DNA of 22,314 nt, from assembly GCA_027031765.1 (NCBI GenBank), contig JALVPN010000223.1:1-22314 (forward strand). Reading direction: 5' to 3'. Positions 7,464 to 15,543 of this stretch are shown piece after piece. Within the stretch, counting starts at the first letter, position 1; the number at the start of each line of letters is the position of its first letter. The notes under the pieces are model-generated. The model was not told where the DNA came from, did no database searches, and saw only the letters and a program-made list of their open reading frames with translations. The position numbers and the translations under genes are program-made. The DNA is from Promethearchaeota archaeon (GTDB lineage Archaea > Asgardarchaeota > Thorarchaeia > Thorarchaeales > Thorarchaeaceae).

Positions 7464-9485
7464 GTGACCAGAAGACAGGAGCGTGGCCTTCCCGGGCCAG
7501 TTGTGGAGGCACTGCACGACCACCGGCTGCGGACTGCAGCGTATGTCGTACCACTGGTGTACATACTTGGCCTGCTGTCTGTGCCATACACGCTACGAGG
7601 GGCCATCCCTGCGGGCTGGGACACCGGCATACACCTCTACTACACACGACTGGTACTCGATGGGGACTTCGACAGGCTCATGGGCCTTGCGAGGGGGAAT
7701 AACGTCCTGCCTATGGTGCTGGTCGCGGCGCTGTCGCTGGTGATGTCATCGGACATCATGCTGAGCCGGATTGTGCTCACCTATGTACTGCACCTCGCAC
7801 TGATGGCCGTGTACTGGTGGGCCGGCAGGCGCACTTATGGGCAGCCCGAAGGGGGTACTCTTGCAGTGGTGTTCTTCGCTGTCTGGGCAGGCGCGTTCCG
7901 CCTCTCCGCAGACCTGCACAAGACCCTGCTGGCATATCTGTTCACACTGCCGGTGCTTGTCCTCTACACAAGGGACGACCTGTCCCTCCGGACCCGTGCA
8001 GCCCTTGTTGCAATGATGGGCGTGGCATCACTGGCCCAGATCGAGCTCTGTGTGCTCGTCCTTGGGACGGCCGTGCTGTACGAAGTGTGGTCGGTCGTCG
8101 TAAGACGACGCACAGACTACCGGAGGCTGCTACTCCTCATCTCCTTGGGGCTCGCTGTGGTGCCTGCATTCCTCCTTGCCCTGTCCTACAGCACGTACTT
8201 CATCAGCGTGGCAATAACGTACCAGGTACCCCTTGACGCGATGGCACCGGGCCCGGCCTTCGTGTTCCTTGGGATTGCACTCGCACCCCTTGTCGTGATT
8301 GGCCTCCTGCTCACTGCCCGTGACCTGCTCCGCCGCCGCAGGACCAGTACCACTACCAGCACCAGTACCACGGACAGGGACTTCCAGCCCGACCTCCTCC
8401 ACGTCTTTGCAGTGCTCATAGTGTTCCTCTTGCTGATACCATCGTTCTTCATTGCAGAGCCGACCCTCTTCAGGAGGATGGCACCACGCGCAATGGTGCT
8501 GCTGCCAGTGCCAGTACTGGTCATCGACGGCATCAGATGGGTCTACAGCCTTGAGACCACCACGCCTCCTCACGTACACCACAGACGCGTGGGTTTCAGA
8601 CATGGTGTGGCCATCGGGCTGCTCAGCCTCGTGGTCATGACCGGTGCGGTACTCCCGACCCAGACCGTCATATACCACGACCAGTACATAAGTGGCCCCT
8701 CAATGGCACGACTCAGGGCACTCGCAGAGCACGTGGACCACAACAAGACGCTGGTCGCTGTTGTGGACGAGTACCCGGTGAAGGCCTACAGGGACTACGG
8801 GTGGACTGGCGCTTACATTGGCTACTGCACCTACTTCAACGGACCACTCCATTTCCTCGTCGCGGGAGTCCTGTACCCTGATGACAACCCCATGTACAAG
8901 AACATGATGAACGACCAGATGGCGCGTATGAGGGCAGACGGAGTGCAGTTCCCACTCACAGACCCGGGTGTCCAGATTGTGTTTACAGAGGACTTCTACG
9001 GCCACCCGACCACTGTGGAGAGGGCCCTCAGCCAGGAGGTCTACCCGGGCGCATACATCATGAATGCAAGCCGCGCCTCGCTCCTGCTCAGGTACTACGA
9101 GGTGAGCCCCGCAAAGCCGTTCAACACAACGGGGCCCTGGGCAACAGTGATGGTGGAGGACATGCCACACATGGTGCTTGACGACGACGACCTGACCGGC
9201 AACGAGTCGGTAACATACGCCCTTGTGGCCTATACCGGTGGGACACTGAGGGTCGAGGTCGAGTACATGGACTACAATGCTACAGTGCCGGGGATTGTCC
9301 TCCTATTGAACGGTACTCGGGCCGCCAGTGCCAACTATACGGGCACCATGACACCGTGGACGCTGACAGCCAGCACTGATGTGACAAGTACGAGCACGGT
9401 GTTCCTGACAGTCAGAGTTGCTGGCCCCGGAAACGGCATGGTAGACCTGGGCCAGATATACGTGTACCTGACCCCCAACGAGTGA
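7464..9485 (+). CDS. Multi-pass membrane protein, putative GT-C-fold glycosyltransferase with extracellular C-terminal domains (paralog 1)
   Basis: About 11-13 hydrophobic segments. An acidic first-loop motif PAGWDTGIHLYY follows TM1, then RLSADLHKTLLAYL. The soluble C-terminal ~270 aa has multiple N-sequons (NKT, NAS, NTT, NES, NAT, NGT, NYT). It is collinear with 12158..14092. Confidence 0.7.
   Translation: MTRRQERGLPGPVVEALHDHRLRTAAYVVPLVYILGLLSVPYTLRGAIPAGWDTGIHLYYTRLVLDGDFDRLMGLARGNNVLPMVLVAALSLVMSSDIMLSRIVLTYVLHLALMAVYWWAGRRTYGQPEGGTLAVVFFAVWAGAFRLSADLHKTLLAYLFTLPVLVLYTRDDLSLRTRAALVAMMGVASLAQIELCVLVLGTAVLYEVWSVVVRRRTDYRRLLLLISLGLAVVPAFLLALSYSTYFISVAITYQVPLDAMAPGPAFVFLGIALAPLVVIGLLLTARDLLRRRRTSTTTSTSTTDRDFQPDLLHVFAVLIVFLLLIPSFFIAEPTLFRRMAPRAMVLLPVPVLVIDGIRWVYSLETTTPPHVHHRRVGFRHGVAIGLLSLVVMTGAVLPTQTVIYHDQYISGPSMARLRALAEHVDHNKTLVAVVDEYPVKAYRDYGWTGAYIGYCTYFNGPLHFLVAGVLYPDDNPMYKNMMNDQMARMRADGVQFPLTDPGVQIVFTEDFYGHPTTVERALSQEVYPGAYIMNASRASLLLRYYEVSPAKPFNTTGPWATVMVEDMPHMVLDDDDLTGNESVTYALVAYTGGTLRVEVEYMDYNATVPGIVLLLNGTRAASANYTGTMTPWTLTASTDVTSTSTVFLTVRVAGPGNGMVDLGQIYVYLTPNE
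8343..8372 (+). repeat. Short imperfect direct repeat encoding a Thr/Ser tract (TSTTTSTSTT)
   Basis: ACCAGTACCAC occurs at 8343-8353 and 8361-8371 (18-bp period) within ACC-rich codons. Confidence 0.7.
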
Positions 9486-9494
9486 GGGCCACTC

Positions 9495-10688
9495 TCAGTC
9501 CACATCCGCCCTGGCCGGACGGACGACTGCCCCCACCTGTGGACCGGAGCGGGTGTCTGCAGTCCACGCACAGAGGAAAAAGGCGACCTGTCCGGCAAGG
9601 AGGGCCAGTCCAAGGCCAAAGAGTCCGAGGGACGGGACGACCAGGACCATGCATGCGTACTGCCCTCCGAGGGCACCCCCATAGGAGACCAGCACCCCAG
9701 TGGTGTGGTCCGCAGCCAGCAGGCGTGCCACGTAGGTGCTGGCAAGTGTGGCCGGCACCACGGCCAGGGAGACCACACAGAGAGTGGCCACCGTGTCAGC
9801 ATACTGCGGGAACACGGACGGTATGAGGACGGGGGCAGCCACCACAGAGAGGACGGCGAGGACCACCGACATCAGCACTGACAGGAGGACGGCCCGTCCC
9901 GTAGCGGCACCGCTGGCGGTCTCGGGGATCAGATAGTTGCGGGTGGTCGCAGGCAGGGCGAGCAGTACCATGAAGACCTGGGACACGAACTGGTACTCGC
10001 CGAGAGTGGTGAGCCCCAGCCATGCACCGACCACCAGCTTGTCAAGATAACTCGACAGCGTCCGGGCAACGGTCACCGCACCGAGGGTGCAGACCAGCTG
10101 CCAGTGCGCCCTCAGTGGCACGAGCGACAGGTGCCTGAGCCCGTGGGCTGCACTGCGCAGGAACTCCATGCCCAGCAGGACTGGTGGCAAGGAGTACATG
10201 AGGGCCACAGTGAGGGGTGGCTGGCCGGTCAGGACACCATAGATGCCAGCGACGGCCATCCCGACCCCGCAGCCAGCACTCCAACCCGAGAAGTGGAGGT
10301 ACCGTCGCCGTGCGAGGAGGTCGTAGGTCGTCATGGAGAAGCTTGTCTGTCCGAATACCATTGGCACATAGTACATTGAGCCGGCGAGTGTTGCCACAGG
10401 GAGGGCGACCGGGAGCAGCAGCAAGAGGACGATGGCATTGAACACCGGGAGTACGTGGGGGTCTGTACCACGGGGGTGCACCGTCTGGACTGTCATGCCG
10501 AACCCGGCCACAACAATGGAGCTCACAACATTGCTGACCGAGAGTGCAAACGCCACCTCTCCAAATGCGTCCTTTGCCATGAGGGCTGCACCGACAAACC
10601 AGAACAGTGCTAGGGACAGGAGGTTGACACCACTCGCAATGGCCATCACGAACAGTCTGTACGGCCTGCTCTCCGTAGTCCGCTCCAA
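9495..10688 (-). CDS. Oligosaccharide flippase (Wzx/MOP superfamily, polysaccharide biosynthesis protein)
   Basis: About 12 TM segments; early AFGEVAFALS; mid-protein YLDKLVVGAWLGLTTLGEYQF (Wzx-type D-x-x-x-x-G...G-x-Y motif). TTG start with GGAG upstream; located among glycosyltransferases. Confidence 0.82.
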   Translation of the reverse strand: MERTTESRPYRLFVMAIASGVNLLSLALFWFVGAALMAKDAFGEVAFALSVSNVVSSIVVAGFGMTVQTVHPRGTDPHVLPVFNAIVLLLLLPVALPVATLAGSMYYVPMVFGQTSFSMTTYDLLARRRYLHFSGWSAGCGVGMAVAGIYGVLTGQPPLTVALMYSLPPVLLGMEFLRSAAHGLRHLSLVPLRAHWQLVCTLGAVTVARTLSSYLDKLVVGAWLGLTTLGEYQFVSQVFMVLLALPATTRNYLIPETASGAATGRAVLLSVLMSVVLAVLSVVAAPVLIPSVFPQYADTVATLCVVSLAVVPATLASTYVARLLAADHTTGVLVSYGGALGGQYACMVLVVPSLGLFGLGLALLAGQVAFFLCAWTADTRSGPQVGAVVRPARADVD

Positions 10689-10750
10689 GTCAGAGGTCTC
10701 CTGCGTAGCAGCTGGTCAGCCGGGTGCGGCAGGCCGGCCCTGGCACATGA

Positions 10751-10756
10751 TTTAAG
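10751..10756 (+). promoter_or_regulatory. Putative TATA box between divergent flippase and GT4 genes
   Basis: TTTAAG lies 24 nt before ATG 10780, consistent with a leaderless transcript. The reverse strand reads CTTAAATC, about 62 nt before the flippase start. Confidence 0.5.
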
Positions 10757-10779
10757 TCTTCGCGGCCAGCACGGGGCCA

Positions 10780-12033
10780 ATGGAGAGCACCGTGGACGCA
10801 GCAACCGTGACCAAGGTGGAGCACGGGCCACAACCCGGCCCTGTACGGGGACTCCGCCTCGTCGTGTTCACTGCAAACCCACTTGAGGCCTATGTCAGGA
10901 AAGGCACGATCAGGAGGTTCAACCGCGACATCAACCCAACAGGCCTCTTCAACAGCGTGACAACAGTCTATGTCAGCGACGATGGGCCGTCTGGTGAGTA
11001 TGTGGTCCACGGTATCCACGCCATGCGGATACGGCACTGGTCCCTGCCACTGGACATGCTGCGCCTGGTGGTCGCCGGGGTACGGGCCGTGCTCCAGACA
11101 CGGGCCTGCGTCGTCCGTGCATACTGTGCTGAGCTCCCGGGCCTCGCGGCTGTCCTCACCGGCCGGCTCACAGGCCGCAGGAGCGTTGTCTCAGTGCACG
11201 CGGACATCCAGTCGATAATGCGACAGAGGGGGTACAGCAGGGTGGCGAGGCTCCTTGTGGGCCTGCTCCACCGTGTCGTCTACCGGCTCAGCACACAGGT
11301 CTGGTGTGTGAGCGAGTGGCTTGCACAACACCTGGTGCAGCTGGGTGTGCCTGCCCGGAAGATAAGGGTGACATATAACAAGGTGGACACGGCACGGTTC
11401 CGGAGGACGACCCAGGGCCGGGATGAGGTCAGGCACGCCCTCGGCATCCCCCCGAGAGCACTGGCGCTCGTACACGTGGGCCGGCTGAGTCAAGAGAAGC
11501 ACATTGATGTCCTCATCCGTGGCCTTGCGGCCCTCAGACAACAGGGACACAGTGCCCACCTCATTCTCGTCGGTACAGGACTCGACTCCAGGGGACAGTC
11601 GTATGTCAGGGGACTGCAGGGGTTGATGGGCCGACTGGGACTTGGTGCATACGTCCACTTCATAGGGGGGCAGCCGAACGAACGTGTACCGGACATACTA
11701 CATGCTGCTGACGTGTACGTGTCTGCGTCCATTTCCGAGGGCTTTGGGGTGGCACTAGTAGAAGCACAGGCTGCAGGGGTGCCACTAGTTGTCACATGCG
11801 AACTTGCAGAAGAGGGGCACGGGCTTGTCCTGACCGGTGAGAACGCCCTCACGTACCCGGCCGGGTCGCCCACTGGCCTTGCAGAGTGCGTGTTGCGTCT
11901 CACGCGGAACCCCGACCTTATACAAAGGCTGAGGGAGGCAGGCGTGATGAATGCAGCACGGTTCGACTGGGAAACAGTTGCCAAGAGGGAGGCAGCACTC
12001 TATAGGGAAGTGTGTGGTACTGGCGCTATGTGA
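10780..12033 (+). CDS. Glycosyltransferase family 4 (GT-B, retaining)
   Basis: YNKVDTARF; HVGRLSQEKHIDVLI; ADVYVSASISEGFGVALVEAQAAGVP (Ex7E motif); RFDWETVA. Confidence 0.93.
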   Translation: MESTVDAATVTKVEHGPQPGPVRGLRLVVFTANPLEAYVRKGTIRRFNRDINPTGLFNSVTTVYVSDDGPSGEYVVHGIHAMRIRHWSLPLDMLRLVVAGVRAVLQTRACVVRAYCAELPGLAAVLTGRLTGRRSVVSVHADIQSIMRQRGYSRVARLLVGLLHRVVYRLSTQVWCVSEWLAQHLVQLGVPARKIRVTYNKVDTARFRRTTQGRDEVRHALGIPPRALALVHVGRLSQEKHIDVLIRGLAALRQQGHSAHLILVGTGLDSRGQSYVRGLQGLMGRLGLGAYVHFIGGQPNERVPDILHAADVYVSASISEGFGVALVEAQAAGVPLVVTCELAEEGHGLVLTGENALTYPAGSPTGLAECVLRLTRNPDLIQRLREAGVMNAARFDWETVAKREAALYREVCGTGAM

Positions 12034-12157
12034 TGGGTTGCCGTCCATGGCCCGGACACGGCAAGAGTCATAAGAAGAGCGTCATGGGCAAGTCGTGCGC
12101 TCCCGTCGTGTGTGAGAGGAGCAGCCACTGACAAGCGCAGGAGAGGAAACACGCTAC

Positions 12158-14092
12158 ATGTTGAGTGGAGAACTGCAGGACAGGATGTGCGTAACGTCTG
12201 CCGTGCTGGCAGTGGTCTTCACAGTGGTGGTACTCGTAAGGCCCTACTTCACATGGGGCTGGATCCCAGTCGGCTGGGACACCGCAATACACCTCTACTG
12301 GGCAAGACTGATTGTGGACGGCGATATCCAGCGTGCCCTTGAAGTCACCCATGGGTTCAACCTCCTGCCCTCAGTGACCATAGCAGCGGTGTCTGCCATC
12401 ACGGGGCTCGACATCCTCGGCGCCAGGATCCTGCTCACAGTCCTCCTGCCACTCCTGCTCCTTGTCGCTTTCTACTGGACAGCCCACGACCTGTTCGAGG
12501 ACAGGCGCTATGCGGTACTGGCACTAGTAGTAGCGGCTGTCTGGTTCTCGACCTACCGGCTCTCGGCAGACCTGCACCGCACCCTGCTGGCATACCTGTG
12601 CCTAGTACCTGTCTTCGCACTCTACGTCCGCAACGGCCACAGCACACGGGACGTCTTGATGATGGCGATGCTCGCGGCAGTCGCAACGTTCGCCCAGCAA
12701 CAGGTCGTGATATTCTTCCTCATCAATGTGGGGCTCGTAGAGGGCTGGCGGGCCATCAGGTTCAGGACCCTGGACACCCGCTCGGTGGTAAAGGCCCTTG
12801 CGGTGACTGCGGCCATGCTGCCCGCACTACTGCTGTCCTCACTATATGGCTCCAACGTGGTGGTTGGTGCAATCACAGGTACTGTGACCTGGCCGCCGCC
12901 AGACATACGACACGTGGCCCTGACGATGGGAGGGCCCATGATGCCGTTCACGTTGCTCGGCCTGGGGCGTGGGCTGTACGATGTGTTTACAGACCCCACA
13001 GGCAAGCTGAGGCTGGTCGAGACCTTTGGCCTGAGCATTGTCTTCTTGGTGTACCTCCCGTCCCTCGTCATCACGCAGCCGGTCGTGTTCCGGATGATGG
13101 CCACACGGGCAATGACCGTCCTGCCGACGCCCATCTTCGTGGTCCTGGGTCTCAGAGAGACCATGCGTGTGGCCAGAGGGGGTGCAGTCACAGCCCCGAG
13201 CATCCTGCACGACCCCAGAGTGATACTCGCGACGGCGACCATAGTCGTGGTAATCATGTCCGGGATGGTGACACAATACGAGGCGACAGTCCACCACAGA
13301 CCCTTTGTCACACAGGACGCCCTTGACCAGCTACGTGCAGTTGCGGAATGGACAGACGGACAGCTGCTGGTAGTGGTCGTGCGTTCACATGTTACTGTCA
13401 CTGCGTTCAAGGACGCGAGCTGGGCAGGAGTCATACTGGGCGAGTACCTGTACTACAACGGCCCACTGTGCTTTCTCGCAGCAGGACGGGCCTGGCCACT
13501 GGGAGACCCAGAGCAGACACGCAAGGGAGCATCACAGATAAACGACCTGATTGCCAAAGGGGTCTCGTTCCCCCTTGACAATGCGAGCGTCAAGGTCGTC
13601 GTCGTGGAGGCCCTCTACGGCCGGCTCACCACACTGGAGGTGGCCATTGCACATCAGGTGGACAAGGGGGCATTCCTCTTTGCCGGCAACGACCTTGTGT
13701 CCCTGACTGTGGAGTACGAACTCAGCCCTAGTGACTACTGCAACTACTCTGGGGACTGGAGGCTGGAGTGCGACGATACGGCATGCATCCACCTCGGCCG
13801 GGCAGACCTCACAGGCGAGGAGGAGATTGCATACCCGGTTGTCGTCACTACCAGCGGACAGTACAACATCACACTACAGTACGAGGACTTTGACACTGAA
13901 TACGGGGGGTTCAACATAGAACTTGATGGGAGGACCGTAGCATCCGTGGAGTACGGTGGCACGGGCACACAGAACGTGACCATCAGCACAGTGCTGTCGT
14001 CAGACTCTGTTTCGCTGCTGCGGGTGACACCCATCAGGGCCGGTACCGGTGAGATTGCATTGTCAAGGGTCATTGTCACCCGTGCTACGTGA
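12158..14092 (+). CDS. Multi-pass membrane protein, putative GT-C-fold glycosyltransferase with extracellular C-terminal domains (paralog 2)
   Basis: PVGWDTAIHLYWARLIVDGD, YRLSADLHRTLLAYL, RMMATRAMTVLPTP, YYNGPLCFLAAG, GVSFPL, DLTGEE, all collinear with 7464..9485. The C-terminal region is beta-rich with sequons NAS, NYS, NIT, NVT. Confidence 0.7.
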   Translation: MLSGELQDRMCVTSAVLAVVFTVVVLVRPYFTWGWIPVGWDTAIHLYWARLIVDGDIQRALEVTHGFNLLPSVTIAAVSAITGLDILGARILLTVLLPLLLLVAFYWTAHDLFEDRRYAVLALVVAAVWFSTYRLSADLHRTLLAYLCLVPVFALYVRNGHSTRDVLMMAMLAAVATFAQQQVVIFFLINVGLVEGWRAIRFRTLDTRSVVKALAVTAAMLPALLLSSLYGSNVVVGAITGTVTWPPPDIRHVALTMGGPMMPFTLLGLGRGLYDVFTDPTGKLRLVETFGLSIVFLVYLPSLVITQPVVFRMMATRAMTVLPTPIFVVLGLRETMRVARGGAVTAPSILHDPRVILATATIVVVIMSGMVTQYEATVHHRPFVTQDALDQLRAVAEWTDGQLLVVVVRSHVTVTAFKDASWAGVILGEYLYYNGPLCFLAAGRAWPLGDPEQTRKGASQINDLIAKGVSFPLDNASVKVVVVEALYGRLTTLEVAIAHQVDKGAFLFAGNDLVSLTVEYELSPSDYCNYSGDWRLECDDTACIHLGRADLTGEEEIAYPVVVTTSGQYNITLQYEDFDTEYGGFNIELDGRTVASVEYGGTGTQNVTISTVLSSDSVSLLRVTPIRAGTGEIALSRVIVTRAT

Positions 14093-14149
14093 CCTGGCGA
14101 GCACCCCGTGTGTGCGCCACCTGACCGGCCGTACACATCGTGGTGGCCC

Positions 14150-15274
14150 TCAGCACATGGCTGCAATGACTGCAAAGTAGTCCTCTGCAAGGCGGGCCCA
14201 GTCGAATGCCTTGGCACGCTCGCGGCCCATCAGTACCAGGCGCCGTGCGAGGGCCCGGTCGGACAGCACCCGGACTATTGCCTCACTGAGGCCCTGCACA
14301 TCGTGGAAGAACAGCACAGCATCACCTGCGAGCCTGCGCACCTCCACAAGGTCTCTGGACACCACCGGGATGTCGGCGGCCCAGTACTCGAAGAGCTTCA
14401 TGGGGCATGCCACTTCGGTGAGTGGGCTCTTCACGAACGGGATCACTCCGACCGAGAGGCGTCGCATGATGGCAGGAATCTCGTCATACGAGATGTGGCC
14501 ATGTACGAAGACCCCATCATGGACATCTGCCAGCTCCTTCACGGCAGCCTCGTTGCCGCCAATACCGAAGATGTGGTATTCCACAGTCGGGAAGACCCGG
14601 GCTACGGCCGGGTAGGAGCGGATCAGGTCGTCCACACCAGACCACTCGTGGACTCCTCCGACATAGCCTACAACCAGCCGCGCCCCTTCATGGCTGTCCG
14701 GTGGTGCGAAAGAGTGCACTGTCACGCCGTTCGGGATGTACACGGGTGCCACACCCGTTGCCTTGAGCACGCGCTGGCGGAGCGGCTCCGAACTGACTAT
14801 CACCGTGTCCGAGTCGTGCACGACCACGGACATGAACTTCCGGATCACGGCCGCCACCGGGGACCTGAGAGTACGTGGCACATACTGGGAGGCAAGACCG
14901 GAGATGTCATCCACATAGTCGAACACAACACGCACACCAAGGGCCCTCTTGAGGAGCATCACTGGGAGCACAAGCACCGGGTTGGTGCTGACGACGACAT
15001 GGATGTGGTGTTTCCTTATCAGGTGCAGTATGAAGAGCCACAGCGGGAACAGGTTCAGCAAGTAGAACAGCGCGGTGCGTCGGCGCGTCAGTACACATGG
15101 GGCACGGTGCACCCACAGTCGTGATGTACGGATGGTGGACTCGAACAGTGGGAAGTGTACCACGTGTACCTCAGCATCAGGGTGGCCCACATCCTCAAAG
15201 AACCTGTGGAGGCGGTTCTCGGGTCCACCGAGCCAGTCGATTGCTGGTATGACGAGAATCCTGCACCGTCCCAT
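14150..15274 (-). CDS. Glycosyltransferase family 4 (GT-B)
   Basis: VVFDYVDD; YIPNGV; VGYVGGV; VHGHISYDEIP; PMKLFEYWAADIPVV; FDWARLA. ATG 15274 preferred over the track's GTG 15283. Confidence 0.92.
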   Translation of the reverse strand: MGRCRILVIPAIDWLGGPENRLHRFFEDVGHPDAEVHVVHFPLFESTIRTSRLWVHRAPCVLTRRRTALFYLLNLFPLWLFILHLIRKHHIHVVVSTNPVLVLPVMLLKRALGVRVVFDYVDDISGLASQYVPRTLRSPVAAVIRKFMSVVVHDSDTVIVSSEPLRQRVLKATGVAPVYIPNGVTVHSFAPPDSHEGARLVVGYVGGVHEWSGVDDLIRSYPAVARVFPTVEYHIFGIGGNEAAVKELADVHDGVFVHGHISYDEIPAIMRRLSVGVIPFVKSPLTEVACPMKLFEYWAADIPVVSRDLVEVRRLAGDAVLFFHDVQGLSEAIVRVLSDRALARRLVLMGRERAKAFDWARLAEDYFAVIAAMC

Positions 15275-15543
15275 TGCTCTCACAGATTCCTTGCTTCGAT
15301 GTCTGGCGGACCCGTCGTTGCGTCAAACGGTCACCACTCTTCAAGGTTTCCCCTTGACCACACCCAACATGCTGCTGGACTGGCCTGTGTGGGTGGGCCC
15401 TGACCATGCCTGAGCAGTGGTGAAGCATGGCAGTGACGTGCCTCAGACCACACCCGGCGTGACCGGAGAGCAGGTGGCCACCGGAGCACAGGTGTCCGAC
15501 AACATGGTAGAGCAAAACAGAATAGACCCATTGACACTCGACA

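Noticed and set aside
7464-14092. Calling either large membrane protein AglB/STT3 oligosaccharyltransferase
   Set aside because: No WWDYG or DK/MI motifs; YRDYGW in paralog 1 is not conserved in paralog 2.
14108-15124. 338-aa plus-strand ORF
   Set aside because: Antisense shadow of the GT4 gene at 14150..15274; no recognisable motifs; such ORFs are expected at high GC3.
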